Under the pieces are notes generated by a model. The model searched no databases. It saw nothing but the letters and a program-made list of their open reading frames with translations, and was not told where the DNA came from. DNA of 40,000 nucleotides from an uncultured phage cr124_1, in sequence record NC_055899.1; one strand, written 5' to 3'. The translations under genes and the position numbers were made by a program. Shown piece by piece: positions 1 through 10,621 of the stretch; position 1 is the stretch's first letter; every line of letters starts with the position of its first letter.

Positions 1-136
1 TTCATGGCAGTATTACCTCCCTGGGTATAACCACTTGTTGTATAGTTTGGCACTCCTGCTATGTAGGCAATATAAAAACCACCTACCGGATTTCATGCAA
101 TCAAGTAGTATTTCTATTTCTTCAGGCGTAAACTCC

Positions 137-742
137 TTAAAAGGGAAGATCTGATGCGCCTGCTGCATCCGCAGTTTCCGGAGTAACGGTTGGTGGCACG
201 TTAAGCGGATCGTTGTTCTCCTTATCGGCAACAACTGGTCGCTCCATAAGATCGTTCTTAAAGAGCTTAATCTGCGAATCTGTATTAGACATGTCTTCAA
301 CGAAGATTCCGAGCTTACTTACTTGAGTATAGCCCTTCTTGTCATAGATAACCTTCAAACGGAGCTTTTTCTTGGTAGCAACCATAGGGTCAAGCATCTT
401 CTTTGTCCAGTCAATCATCTCCTTGAATGTAGAAAGCTCTGCATCTGGTCTCTGTGGGTAGAAACAATCAAGAATCTGACAAACTCGTCCAAACTGAGCG
501 TTATCACGCTTCTGCAAGTCTTCGTCTGTCTTAATATACATTCCCTTTGTATTCTTCCACTCTGTCAGAGTAGCTGTTTGACCATCCTCGTTCTCAAATA
601 CGATCTCGAGGAAATCGAGACCCTGAGGAGACTTGTTACAGTTTACCTCTTTAAGAGTGACATCCTGGTTGATGCCTACTGGCATATAACTACTATTACT
701 AAATTCTTCGTTGCTAATTGCGGCTGTCTTTGTACTAAACAT
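137..742 (-). CDS. ssb: Putative single-stranded DNA-binding protein
   Basis: 201 aa ORF with an acidic/hydrophobic C-terminal tip '...AAGASDLPF' typical of SSBs; next to replication genes. Confidence 0.55.
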   Translation of the reverse strand: MFSTKTAAISNEEFSNSSYMPVGINQDVTLKEVNCNKSPQGLDFLEIVFENEDGQTATLTEWKNTKGMYIKTDEDLQKRDNAQFGRVCQILDCFYPQRPDAELSTFKEMIDWTKKMLDPMVATKKKLRLKVIYDKKGYTQVSKLGIFVEDMSNTDSQIKLFKNDLMERPVVADKENNDPLNVPPTVTPETADAAGASDLPF

Positions 743-832
743 AATCTCTATTATTTTAATATACGTAATGCTAACATATCAAGTTTATTCTCAGCATAGT
801 ATGCTGCTGATCGAATAGATCGATATATCAAT

Positions 833-1573
833 TTACTTAAATATTCTATCCCAATGTGTTGTAAGTGTCCCATCTTCATTACCTTCTGCAATAACGATAT
901 CCTTTCCGGCTATGTGTCTTGCACGAGCCTCCATGATGGTATCAGATGTACCACCTTTAAAGGATATATGCGTTTCATTTCCTTTGCGATATACATAACC
1001 AACCGCATCGGCTAATCCACACACGATTTTACTCAGCTTACCAACCAAGTCGAGCTCTTTTGCAGAAACTTCAACACCATCCTTTTCAGTTACGGTGTCT
1101 TTAACGTGACCTACAAGAATAAATTCGTCACACAAATCTCGGAACATATCAACTACCTTCTTTACTGCGTCTCTAAGATACTTATATCCAGCACCGTTAG
1201 GCAAGGTGGTTACGTCTGTGCCGTCCCACTTCTTACCCATTGGAGTTTGGCGATAGAGTGTACAAGCATAGCTCATACAAATATCCTCAAGTCGTGTAGC
1301 ATTATCGATAGTGATATGCTTATAGAAATTATGACCTACTTCTTTATTCTTGGCACGAATGGCACTTGCTGCTTCTCCTAAATCATTGATCGTACGACAC
1401 TGGATGGCCATCGCATCAACGAAGACAGAGCCTCCCTCAAGGTCTATGATAAGGTTATTATCCAGCTGTGCAAGACAAGATGTTTTACCAGCCTTTGGAA
1501 GACCATAGAGTATAAGATATCTAGGATTTTCAGAAATTGCAGGAATTTTACTAGTAGGTAATGTTAAACTCAT
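833..1573 (-). CDS. RecA-family/Sak4-like phage nucleotide-binding protein
   Basis: Walker A 'GLPKAGKTSCLAQL' near the N-terminus followed by 'NNLIIDLEGG'; replication/recombination neighbourhood. Confidence 0.65.
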   Translation of the reverse strand: MSLTLPTSKIPAISENPRYLILYGLPKAGKTSCLAQLDNNLIIDLEGGSVFVDAMAIQCRTINDLGEAASAIRAKNKEVGHNFYKHITIDNATRLEDICMSYACTLYRQTPMGKKWDGTDVTTLPNGAGYKYLRDAVKKVVDMFRDLCDEFILVGHVKDTVTEKDGVEVSAKELDLVGKLSKIVCGLADAVGYVYRKGNETHISFKGGTSDTIMEARARHIAGKDIVIAEGNEDGTLTTHWDRIFK

Positions 1574-1598
1574 GATACAATGATACTAAAAGTTTTAA

Positions 1599-2054
1599 TT
1601 AAAGCTTAATGTTAATATTAATGATTGTCTTCTTAATCTCTGGACTAAGTGAAGAGATGAAGTTGTAATCACTAAAATCAGAGTAACTATAAATGTCGGT
1701 ACCAATCTGAATCTCATCATTGTAGAAAATGACAGGGAGACCATTCTCAAGACGGTAAATCTTACCGAGCTTAATACCCTTCATAATACTCTTCTTCTTG
1801 CCATAGTTAGCAAGAATATCACAAGCCTTTGCGAACAAAGTGTCGCCCTTCAGAGGCTTGTAGATATAAGTATGATCCAACTCGTCGAACATGGCATCAA
1901 TCAGATCGTCATCCTCCTTCTTTGTGTTAAACAAATAAGAGTTGTTCTTCTTTACAGTAGAAAGAATAATATCATCGAGAATCTGAGAATAAATGTTACC
2001 ATTGTTAGTGTTCTTAATGTTGTTGTCAGTAAACTTAATATCGTATGTTGTCAT
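1599..2054 (-). CDS. Hypothetical protein in replication module
   Basis: 151 aa intact ORF, tightly packed between neighbours on the same strand. Confidence 0.6.
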   Translation of the reverse strand: MTTYDIKFTDNNIKNTNNGNIYSQILDDIILSTVKKNNSYLFNTKKEDDDLIDAMFDELDHTYIYKPLKGDTLFAKACDILANYGKKKSIMKGIKLGKIYRLENGLPVIFYNDEIQIGTDIYSYSDFSDYNFISSLSPEIKKTIININIKL

Positions 2055-2077
2055 AATTCAGCCTAAATTTTAATTGC

Positions 2078-3019
2078 TTAACTTTCTATCAAGTTGTTAT
2101 ACGCTAAGTCATTCTGGAATTCAAGTATGCAGGGCTTTCCTGCGTCTCGATTCTTTAAGATGTGTAGATACACCTTGTTCTGAGTAGGTAAATGGTTCGG
2201 GCCGTATTCTTGTATTCCAAGAATTTCAGGCCTATGAATGACTATAACATAATCGCTAGCTTGAAATAAAGCGTCAGCAGATGAAATGTCGCTTCTCATA
2301 GGATAATGCGACAAAGAATTGTTTATTCTTTCTGGTGATTCAATATTTCTATTCATCTGTGCTAGTTGTAACACTGATGTCATAGGATACTTTTTGGCAC
2401 TTATGAAAACTCTTTCGAGTTCCTGCATGGTTTCTATAACGCTGCCTATCGGCTTTGTCAATAGAGCATGGTCGTACATTATCACAAAATGTTTATCGGT
2501 ACCCTTTATGTATGTATTATAGAAATACTTAATAATATCTTCTGCTTCCTTGGGAGTTGTAGGGTTATCTACAAACCATATAGGATACTCCTTTAGTTGA
2601 TTAGATACTGAGATGACTTTTCTGAAGGTATCGTCATCTAGGTCCGTTTCCGAACTATACAAAGTCGAAGTCGTTTTCCTAAGCTTACTAGAAAGCGTTC
2701 TTCCAACTTGCCTAAATCCAACCATCTCTAACGAGAAAATCAGAATTACTATTTCTTCACCAGGATTCAAATCAACAATATCAGTTGAGATCTCATTTGC
2801 GAATGAGCTCTTACCACTTCCTGAAATACCAGCTATGGTGTAAACGGTATTAGGTTCAATACCTCCCATACACTGCTTATTAAACTTAGCCCATCTAGTC
2901 TTTAGAGACGTTATAGAGTGATCTCTACGACCAGATATATAGTTTATAGCTTCTTGGGCTACAACTGACATTGGTCTTATAAGATTAGATAAGTTCTGTT
3001 CCATAAGTCGATTCCTCAA
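2078..3019 (-). CDS. Replicative DnaB-like helicase (SF4)
   Basis: Walker A 'IAGISGSGKSSFANEI', 'ILIFSLEM' and C-terminal core 'VLQLAQMNRNIE...SDISSADALFQASDYVIVIHRPE' match DnaB motifs. Confidence 0.85.
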   Translation of the reverse strand: MRNRLMEQNLSNLIRPMSVVAQEAINYISGRRDHSITSLKTRWAKFNKQCMGGIEPNTVYTIAGISGSGKSSFANEISTDIVDLNPGEEIVILIFSLEMVGFRQVGRTLSSKLRKTTSTLYSSETDLDDDTFRKVISVSNQLKEYPIWFVDNPTTPKEAEDIIKYFYNTYIKGTDKHFVIMYDHALLTKPIGSVIETMQELERVFISAKKYPMTSVLQLAQMNRNIESPERINNSLSHYPMRSDISSADALFQASDYVIVIHRPEILGIQEYGPNHLPTQNKVYLHILKNRDAGKPCILEFQNDLAYNNLIES

Positions 3020-3551
3020 TTTTAGAGTTGTCTTGCATTTCTTCCTCAGATTCTTCCCATTGATGGTCTACAAGCCATCTCCACATCGTCTTCATATAAC
3101 TTAGTTTACCCTCGTTAGTCTTTTTCTTCATTTCGAAGTCAAGACACTGAATAAGATGTTGAGCCATAGCTTCGCTTTGACCTACATAAACATTAAATAA
3201 ATGTCTACACTTGTTAACGTTGGCTCTCAGATAGTTTTTGGTGCCATCTGGTCGTAGAACGTATATTGGGTACATTTCATAGAACAGATCGAAATAGTCC
3301 TGTTTTGGTCGGACTACATCCTTAAGCGTATCTGTTGCATGATATGTAATTGACTTACCTCTCTCGATCGAGGTAATAAGTCCCTGAGAAATTAAGTTTG
3401 ATATTTCTTCGTCGCTAACTAGGCTGACAATTTTGCGGACGTCTTGATTATAAGTTTTTTGATTCTTATCCAATACCAAACTTAGGAATATTAATTGATT
3501 TGAATTTAGTCCTGGAATGTCCAGGAGTTTTGTGTTTAGTTCAATAATCAT
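2985..3551 (-). CDS. Hypothetical replication-module protein
   Basis: 188 aa ORF overlapping the helicase start by ~35 nt; conserved-looking but no function read with certainty. Confidence 0.55.
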   Translation of the reverse strand: MIIELNTKLLDIPGLNSNQLIFLSLVLDKNQKTYNQDVRKIVSLVSDEEISNLISQGLITSIERGKSITYHATDTLKDVVRPKQDYFDLFYEMYPIYVLRPDGTKNYLRANVNKCRHLFNVYVGQSEAMAQHLIQCLDFEMKKKTNEGKLSYMKTMWRWLVDHQWEESEEEMQDNSKIEESTYGTELI

Positions 3552-3572
3552 CTTATATACGTTGATAAACGA

Positions 3573-5483
3573 TTAATCATCGAATATTGTCAACTGGCGA
3601 TTAACAAACTCACTAGCTATTTTTTTTGCTTTGCTAATGTAGTATTGGTAATCCAGATGACGTTTCTCTATTGGTGTGGCATCTATCTTGTTAAGAATTC
3701 GTACTCCATATTCTGTTATTTTTGTTTCAGAACGATTTTCGTACATTTTGTCCTTAATTCTCATAAGATAATAGCCACTACTTGACGCGTAATATCTATT
3801 AATACGTTGAATCTGTTTTCCTCCATATTCAACTTTTGATTCCTTGTTTACGCTTTGTGACATCAAGAAATCACGGACATCTCTATCCTTCTTAATAAAC
3901 TTGTCTATCGGTTCATTGTTCAAAAAATAGTTTATCACAGCTTTGGAGATAACAACTGGTGTCATGCTGTTGTTAAGACCAATTTCTGTGATAAACTTGC
4001 CTTTCTTTTCTATCAGTCTTGGATCTCCAGATTGGGAGTATCCTTTGCGAACACCAAAGTAATTGTTCACGTCGTACTGATAAAACGACTCGTAATCATC
4101 GGATTCGAATGTTAACTGGGTTAATTGCTCAACTTCCTTAATTGCATCGGCTATTGCGAAGCGGGCGGATTTGTTGGCAATATAGACGACACCATCTGTA
4201 TTGACTTGTACAATCTTACAATTCAATTCTAGAAGTCTATCCACTAACATAAGTAGTATAAGTTGCCCGTTTATACGTATCTTGTATACGTTAAGTGGAT
4301 CATAAGCCCAGCTACTTTCTTGTTGCATCTTTCCTGTAAGAGCATTAAGAGCCTGTTTAAATGCCTTAGACTTTAATAACTCTCCATTACGTTTGGCAGC
4401 CAAGCGCTCCTTGTATAGAGCGCTGTACACATTCCAAAAATCTTCTCCTAAGTGAACCGGGAGCCAATGGTTTATAATGGCTAACGAAGGATACATAGAC
4501 GTAACGTCTGAGTGTCCTATAAACTGTTCAGCTGTAGGTTTGTAGACTCTAGGATCATTGATGGTGTGTATACCACCTTCACCTATAGAGTAGCAAATGT
4601 TTGAGAGAACAAACTTCTTCTCATAGTTTTCTTGTTTCTTATCAGACTTACTTGCATTGCAAGTAGCATTTTTTACATCCAATAAGACTTCTTTCAACTT
4701 TGGATTAGAATATTGTATAAATGGGAGTATGATGTCACCTAGGCGAATGTTTCCGACTTTTCGAGCACGAGTTTTTAGCTCGTCTTTTGTTGTGTTGGTA
4801 ATGTCTAAAGTCTTTCGCAAGAGTACTTCTTCTCCAAATCGTACACCACTCATCGACAGTGCATCAAACCCCCATTCTTTTTCCACTTCAAGACGTAGTT
4901 CTACATCTTCTTTTACTTTGTTAAGCAAAGTCTCAGTAGCTTCTACGTCGTTCACATTATACTCTATCATAGCGTCAATATCACATTCTGGAATTTGCAG
5001 ATCAAAGCTTCCTTCATACTCTTGTACATTTGGCATATGTAAGAGTATTTCTATTTCTTTTAAGCTTTTCTGCTGTTTGGCGCTATAGAGCATCAACATA
5101 AGATCAAATGAATAGAAGTAGTTTGAATACTTGTACACTTTAATCTTATCAATATTTCCTGTTTTTTCCGAACTTATTATTTCTTTACTAAGATAGTAGA
5201 GAGAACTACAAATTCTCGAGTATCCTAGTCGCTTCATTCTACTGCAGAAATGTATAATGTAATTTATGATTATGTTATCATAATGCTTATTGTTGTAGCC
5301 GCACATTATATGATCAGTTCTGTTTGTGTAGAAGAAGTCAACTAGTTCTTCTAGTTGATTTTTACGAAAGGATATCTCGAATTTATATAGTTTATGACTC
5401 TCTGAATCTTTACAAGTACAATGAAAACAGTTTGGAAAAACTTCTATGTCATATAGAACTACTGGTCTTTCCTTTACTATCAT
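3573..5483 (-). CDS. DNA polymerase, family B, with 3'-5' exonuclease domain
   Basis: N-terminal exonuclease-like 'VVLYDIEVFPN...' and 'YNVNDVEAT', motif A-like 'SDVTSMYPSLAIIN', motif B-like 'KQALNALTGKM', motif C-like 'VQVNTDGVVYI'. Confidence 0.85.
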   Translation of the reverse strand: MIVKERPVVLYDIEVFPNCFHCTCKDSESHKLYKFEISFRKNQLEELVDFFYTNRTDHIMCGYNNKHYDNIIINYIIHFCSRMKRLGYSRICSSLYYLSKEIISSEKTGNIDKIKVYKYSNYFYSFDLMLMLYSAKQQKSLKEIEILLHMPNVQEYEGSFDLQIPECDIDAMIEYNVNDVEATETLLNKVKEDVELRLEVEKEWGFDALSMSGVRFGEEVLLRKTLDITNTTKDELKTRARKVGNIRLGDIILPFIQYSNPKLKEVLLDVKNATCNASKSDKKQENYEKKFVLSNICYSIGEGGIHTINDPRVYKPTAEQFIGHSDVTSMYPSLAIINHWLPVHLGEDFWNVYSALYKERLAAKRNGELLKSKAFKQALNALTGKMQQESSWAYDPLNVYKIRINGQLILLMLVDRLLELNCKIVQVNTDGVVYIANKSARFAIADAIKEVEQLTQLTFESDDYESFYQYDVNNYFGVRKGYSQSGDPRLIEKKGKFITEIGLNNSMTPVVISKAVINYFLNNEPIDKFIKKDRDVRDFLMSQSVNKESKVEYGGKQIQRINRYYASSSGYYLMRIKDKMYENRSETKITEYGVRILNKIDATPIEKRHLDYQYYISKAKKIASEFVNRQLTIFDD

Positions 5484-5579
5484 AGTTCCCTAGTGAGGGT
5501 TTGCACCTCGCAGTCATATCCTTTCGGAGCACACTAGGGTGACCAGTGGTGTCCTGGTCGGTTTTGAAGAAGTTACGCC

Positions 5580-6242
5580 TTAAGCTGCCATTCGCATCTT
5601 ATTTGCGCCTGGTAACAGGAGTCGTCCCGTCTTCTTGCGATGGTCTTTAAGGTTTGTACAAACAAGATTACTGCGCTTTGCTTTTACCTTGTTTGTCTCC
5701 TTATGAGCCATCTTCATGACTTTACTGTGTTCCGGAAGTTTGTTTACACCTCCATACTTAGCAGTTTCGCCATTGTCTTTTATCTGAGCAACTTCCTGCT
5801 CAGTAAACTTGTCGTCCGAATGTTGGAATCGTCCTACAAGTTGTAATTTGTCATATTTAGCGACAACTAAGTCTCTAATATGTTCTTCTGCAGCATTCTT
5901 TTCTGATTCCCAAACTGGGAACTGCTGCGCGTAGAATAAGTCGTCTTTCTTAACCGGGCACGGGTGCTTTCGCTCCCATTTATGCAACTTGTGTTGAACA
6001 TACCCTTCCATAAGCTCGGTATGGTTAAGCTTCGTAACCTTTCTGCGAGATTCAATTTTTATCGAATCACGTTTGAGCAGTATGAACCAAGGTTCCTTCC
6101 GGGAAAGACCATGGATACAATGTTCTTTACAAAACTTAGAAGTAGTTCCATGAGACTTGTTAAAGTCCTTAAGCCACTTCTCTTTGATGTCACGATATTT
6201 TTTAACACAATCGTCCAAATATTGATTATTCTGGGTATTCAT
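5580..6242 (-). CDS. Hypothetical protein
   Basis: 220 aa intact basic ORF. Confidence 0.6.
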   Translation of the reverse strand: MNTQNNQYLDDCVKKYRDIKEKWLKDFNKSHGTTSKFCKEHCIHGLSRKEPWFILLKRDSIKIESRRKVTKLNHTELMEGYVQHKLHKWERKHPCPVKKDDLFYAQQFPVWESEKNAAEEHIRDLVVAKYDKLQLVGRFQHSDDKFTEQEVAQIKDNGETAKYGGVNKLPEHSKVMKMAHKETNKVKAKRSNLVCTNLKDHRKKTGRLLLPGANKMRMAA

Positions 6243-6259
6243 AACGTTGCCTCCTATGA

Positions 6260-7213
6260 TTAAGCTGCTTGTTTAGCTGTTTTTTGTTTAATTTCTTTAA
6301 CCTGTGTAGGCTTTTTGTTTACGGCTTTAGCCTTAACTTTGAGCTCACGACGAAGCTTACGCCCTTCAGCCTTAGAGCCGTGACGGAAGTTATATGTGTT
6401 CTTCTCGAGAGTCTCCTTAGCCTTTTTCTTAGCTTTACGGAGATTGTAGAAGTTCACACTAGCGTTCTTTGAGCACTCGATAGTATGAGGATCACCTCCC
6501 TTCTTATGCTTGTTGTGATTGCCTGACATATCTATGCCAGCCTCCTCGAATGGAGACTTATCATCAGAACGATACTGATAGAATGTAGCATTACCTACAA
6601 GATCGCGCAGTTTTGCTACCACACTTGCTGGCACATTCTTAAAGAATGCTGTAGAGTTAGTAATACATGCAGACTTAATGCCGCAATCCTTTACCAACTT
6701 CTCGAGCTCCTTCTTCTTTTTCAGAATAGAATCACATACAACTGTAATATTGTATACAGTGGCGTTGTCCCACTGCTTCTTTGCGATGTCTATCACCTTC
6801 TTGGTGTCGGCATCATTGAGATGCATACGCTTGCACCGACGGGTAATTGATGCGATATGACGAGCCATAGCTACATTACGACGCTCTTCCTGCTTCTTCA
6901 AACGGTCCTCCAGAGTGATTTTAACAGGCTCTGAAGCCTTTTCCTTCTTGGAGTCGATCAGTTTATTCATGATGCTCTTTTTGCGCGCCTTACGGGCCTC
7001 TATGCGAGCTTTAGAGGCAGCATATTTAGCCTCCTCGTGAGCTTTCTTTTCAGCCTTCTTCTTTGCCTTAACATCGTCTTTTGCTGCAGCAATTTCTGCA
7101 TTCTTTATAGCAGCCTTAGACTCTTCCTTCTTAGCTGCCTCAGCCTTAACTGGTGTAGTTCCTATCTTAGCCTGAACCTTCTTGAGGTTCTTCTTGTTAT
7201 TCTTCTTTGACAT
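6260..7213 (-). CDS. Hypothetical Lys/Ala-rich, highly charged protein
   Basis: 317 aa ORF; strongly basic composition. Confidence 0.6.
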   Translation of the reverse strand: MSKKNNKKNLKKVQAKIGTTPVKAEAAKKEESKAAIKNAEIAAAKDDVKAKKKAEKKAHEEAKYAASKARIEARKARKKSIMNKLIDSKKEKASEPVKITLEDRLKKQEERRNVAMARHIASITRRCKRMHLNDADTKKVIDIAKKQWDNATVYNITVVCDSILKKKKELEKLVKDCGIKSACITNSTAFFKNVPASVVAKLRDLVGNATFYQYRSDDKSPFEEAGIDMSGNHNKHKKGGDPHTIECSKNASVNFYNLRKAKKKAKETLEKNTYNFRHGSKAEGRKLRRELKVKAKAVNKKPTQVKEIKQKTAKQAA

Positions 7214-7337
7214 AATTTTGATAATTTAATGTGTTAATAATGTTATTTTTAAGGCAAGGGATTCCTTATTGTGGTTCGTGTAAGCCTCGATCTTACTCCT
7301 TCCGGCGACCCTTATATTTGTCTCGAACCTATAGTAT

Positions 7338-7886
7338 TTAAACTGTCAGATCCATCTCGAACTTATCTGCAATAGTATCTTTAATCTCAATAGAAGTCTC
7401 ATTGTTAAACTTCTCGAGATTAGCGTCAAACTTATTTGCTAGTAGTTGCTGATCATGGATAAGCTGAGCAATCTTAGCTGATGAGAATATCTCACGCTTA
7501 GGCATAGCCTTCAATCCCTTCTTTGCCTTAGTTGATGGATCAAGTGTCTTGATCATCTTAAGTTGTGCTATTGCCTCCTTTGCCTCGCATGCTGCAAAAA
7601 TACTATAGTTATTTGTCTTCTTAAAATCCTCGTAAGAGAATGTAGTTGTACCTGTATTAAGAGCTACCAAAATACCCTTAATCATAATACGCTTCTCACT
7701 AAGCTGCACAATCTGGTTATACAAGCTCTTGAGATCTAAGCCAGAACCTTGCTTTGCTGCAATTGCCTTTTTAGACATGAGGTTCTCTGCTCGAATAATT
7801 CGCCAATACTTATTGATAGTAATATCAATATTCTTACGAATTGTTATGATGTTTGCTGAGTTCAATTTAATTGATTTCTTATTCAT
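7338..7886 (-). CDS. Hypothetical protein
   Basis: 182 aa intact ORF. Confidence 0.6.
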   Translation of the reverse strand: MNKKSIKLNSANIITIRKNIDITINKYWRIIRAENLMSKKAIAAKQGSGLDLKSLYNQIVQLSEKRIMIKGILVALNTGTTTFSYEDFKKTNNYSIFAACEAKEAIAQLKMIKTLDPSTKAKKGLKAMPKREIFSSAKIAQLIHDQQLLANKFDANLEKFNNETSIEIKDTIADKFEMDLTV

Positions 7887-8162
7887 ATAGTTTGATTAAA
7901 ATTAAACAATTTACTTGAATCAGCCATTTACCTAGTTCCTATATTACATATAACTGTAATAAAGAATAAAAGACATCCATTGGCAATCCTGCCCCGCAGG
8001 GCGGATTACCTATTCTCCGCAGAGAACGTTTAAGGATGCCTTTTAATATAAACTAATAATATTGTCTTTGCATTTCGTTGTAAACAATAACGATAATACC
8101 ATGCATGAATGTGTATTCTTCTGCGCACAGTTCGTACACCATTCCCGCAGGAATGTTTCTGT

Positions 8163-8747
8163 TTATGGCATTACTCGTTTAGCGTTTACAATTCCGTACT
8201 CCAACTCAATCATTGGTTTACCTATGCAGTCTTTAACCTGCAAAACTTCTTTACGTCCGTTGATATTGATAACAATTTTCTCAGGAAACTCTTGCTGAGC
8301 GTTAAGCCTTGGCCCTGACACCCGGGACCCCGCAGGGTCCGCTCCTACGCCATCAGCAATGCTAGAATTCTGACATACTTTTGTCGCAACATCATACAGT
8401 CGTTCTACGACCCAGTTAAAGTTTTTATCTTTAACTCCTTTCATCACAATTTCTTGTGATAGTCCTTCCATAATGGCTTTTTGGCTAAGCCCTGTGGAAA
8501 GACTCACTAGTGCATCCCATACCTTAAGAGCGAAGCTCTCAAATGGTAAGGTTTGCTCACAGCCGATTATCTTGTTCCAAAAATGGAATCTAGTTGAACC
8601 CAGAGTGATGCTACCATCATCGTTAATGGTATAGATCTTGTACTTCTCTGTATGGTCCAACTTTTCATAAACGGCTGCCTTAATTTTCGGTTCTGAGAGC
8701 ATTACTGCTATAAGCTTAACGCTCTTTTCTGTTAAAACAGCCTCCAT
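8163..8747 (-). CDS. Hypothetical protein
   Basis: 194 aa intact ORF. Confidence 0.6.
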   Translation of the reverse strand: MEAVLTEKSVKLIAVMLSEPKIKAAVYEKLDHTEKYKIYTINDDGSITLGSTRFHFWNKIIGCEQTLPFESFALKVWDALVSLSTGLSQKAIMEGLSQEIVMKGVKDKNFNWVVERLYDVATKVCQNSSIADGVGADPAGSRVSGPRLNAQQEFPEKIVININGRKEVLQVKDCIGKPMIELEYGIVNAKRVMP

Positions 8748-8751
8748 GAAC

Positions 8752-9345
8752 TTATGCTATCTTATCAGCTGGTTTAGAATCTGCCTTCTGACGCTCATAG
8801 TCTGCAATGATCTTCTCGTTTGCTGCAATGGCAGACAAACACTGAGCCTTAGCCTTATTAGCCTGCTCAATAATTGCATCAAGGCGAGTGATCTCACCAC
8901 GGTTAAGATCGTTAAGAATGCCACCCAAATCCTTAGGATCTGAGAACACAGCCTTAGAGTTCTTGTCCTTAAGAGCGTTCTGAACTGCCTCCTCTGTGGT
9001 CTCACCAAACTTGGTGCTGTTCTCACCGAGAGGGATATCAATCTGGTGCTCGGTGCCCTCATTGAGACGGCAAACGACATCACCGATTGCATTCTGCTTG
9101 GTTGCCATAGACTCAATCGTAATATAACCGATCACAAAACGGCGAGGTGAACGATTGAGTACAAGGTTTACATTGGAGCTCTGTTTAGCCTGCTCCAAAA
9201 CCTTGTCATGGTCTGGGTTGAATAAACGGGTCTGAGGAGTAAATACGTCCTGACCAAACATTTTTGCACCGAGCATGCTCAGTGGGGTACGATTTGACTT
9301 AATAGTTGTTTCCACGATGTTTACATTAATTTCTGACATAATCAT
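8752..9345 (-). CDS. Hypothetical protein
   Basis: 197 aa intact ORF; promoter-like motif ~100 nt upstream at 9446-9458. Confidence 0.65.
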   Translation of the reverse strand: MIMSEINVNIVETTIKSNRTPLSMLGAKMFGQDVFTPQTRLFNPDHDKVLEQAKQSSNVNLVLNRSPRRFVIGYITIESMATKQNAIGDVVCRLNEGTEHQIDIPLGENSTKFGETTEEAVQNALKDKNSKAVFSDPKDLGGILNDLNRGEITRLDAIIEQANKAKAQCLSAIAANEKIIADYERQKADSKPADKIA

Positions 9346-9445
9346 ATCCTTTTTGATATCGTTATTGATTAACTAACGATATGATTGAAAAATATGGTGT
9401 ATTTTGGCCACACCTTTGCCGTTGTTTATTGAATAAAGCAACGCT

Positions 9446-9458
9446 GATACGAAGATAC
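9446..9458 (-). promoter_or_regulatory. Bacteroidota-type -7 promoter-like element (GTATCTTCGTATC)
   Basis: Minus-strand TATCTTCG close to the TAnnTTTG -7 consensus; same 13-mer family recurs at 15964, 16052, 16135 and 16232. Confidence 0.45.
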
Positions 9459-9478
9459 TCGGTTACTACTTTGCGTAC

Positions 9479-9625
9479 TTAGTTTTCTAAAGGAAGTTCT
9501 ACTATTGTAGACGCTTTATCTAGACTTAGCTGCACTTTCTCTATTACGACAATAGGATAATAGGCTTGCAGCAGGAATTGCATACGTATGATGCAATTAG
9601 CATTTACTGGTTTATCCAGGCCCAT
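9479..9625 (-). CDS. Small hypothetical protein (48 aa)
   Basis: ATG...TAA encoding MGLDKPVNANCIIRMQFLLQAYYPIVVIEKVQLSLDKASTIVELPLEN; below the cutoff of the supplied track. Confidence 0.4.
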   Translation of the reverse strand: MGLDKPVNANCIIRMQFLLQAYYPIVVIEKVQLSLDKASTIVELPLEN

Positions 9626-9762
9626 CGTCTAAAGCTTTGAATGCTTCCTTTGCATAATCAAATGCTGAACTGTTTTCTGCTATTTTGTTCACGTTTTTTC
9701 TAACTTAACTATTCTAATTTTCGTTGGTGAAATTTTGCATAGCAACTAACACTCATAGAATC

Positions 9763-9981
9763 TTAGAATTTTCTATAACCCACGAAAATATGTAGAATCT
9801 CGGTCGTATTTCCCTTACTATACTTACAAGATCTTCCTACAGGTTGTCGATTAAACGCAGATTTCCTCGGCTAATAAGTTTTAAAAGCGCCTAACTTATC
9901 GAAATGACTCCTTACTGCGGTACTCGGCTTATGGCATGTACCCAGCGGTTGGTTATCGGAATGTCTCAGGATCAAACCCAT
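9763..9981 (-). CDS. Small TAG-containing ORF (72 aa)
   Basis: Open if TAG=Gln: MGLILRHSDNQPLGTCHKPSTAVRSHFDKLGAFKTY[TAG]PRKSAFNRQPVGRSCKYSKGNTTEILHIFVGYRKF, TAA stop. Confidence 0.35.
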
Positions 9982-10426
9982 CACAGACTTTACGGCTTTT
10001 TACATCTTTGCTGATGTTTGCAATTTTTCTGTACCGGTATTACTACCTCCTATTTATAGTGCACGAATATTGGGAATTCAACCCATACATTTCATCTTGT
10101 CACCCACTTATAACGTAATATACATGTATAGAGACAGTATACACATATAATATACACAGTCGTTTTACAACATAGATATAAGCTGCCCATCAATTTCCTG
10201 TATTGCTTCGAACCTTTATGTTTACATATACTGTTGCGCAGTATACTTTAGCATGGTTGGCATATCGGTTGGCACTCGACTTCTTCACCTCAAGCCCTTA
10301 CTTACAACGTAAGATTAACTCTATGAAGGGACGTCAATTTTTGTTAAACATGTTATCTTTTAAACTTTCTAGGTTTTCATAATTTATATCTTTTGCATAC
10401 AACATACGCATACATAATATACCAGC

Positions 10427-10618
10427 TTACTACTCTGTAGAGACTATATAATATTGTATATCATGATGCAAATAAACTATTAGTCTAGATCGTTTTGGAT
10501 GAAAGTGGAGGTCAAATGGTCCTGGATGGACATATCTCGAATCAACTTTCTACCTGCTTTGCTATTTCTTATTCTAGGATAGCTCTCCATCAATTTTCTT
10601 TGACTGTAACGGAGTCAT
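10427..10618 (-). CDS. Small TAG-containing ORF (63 aa, 4 TAG)
   Basis: Open if TAG=Gln: MTPLQSKKIDGELS[TAG]NKK[TAG]QSR[TAG]KVDSRYVHPGPFDLHFHPKRSRLIVYLHHDIQYYIVSTE[TAG], TAA stop. Confidence 0.4.
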
Positions 10619-10621
10619 CGA

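Noticed and set aside
4657-5088. 143 aa plus-strand ORF
   Set aside because: Lies entirely antisense within the DNA polymerase gene; shadow ORF. The same applies to other opposite-strand ORFs such as 12246-13223, 16081-16771 and 25244-25609.
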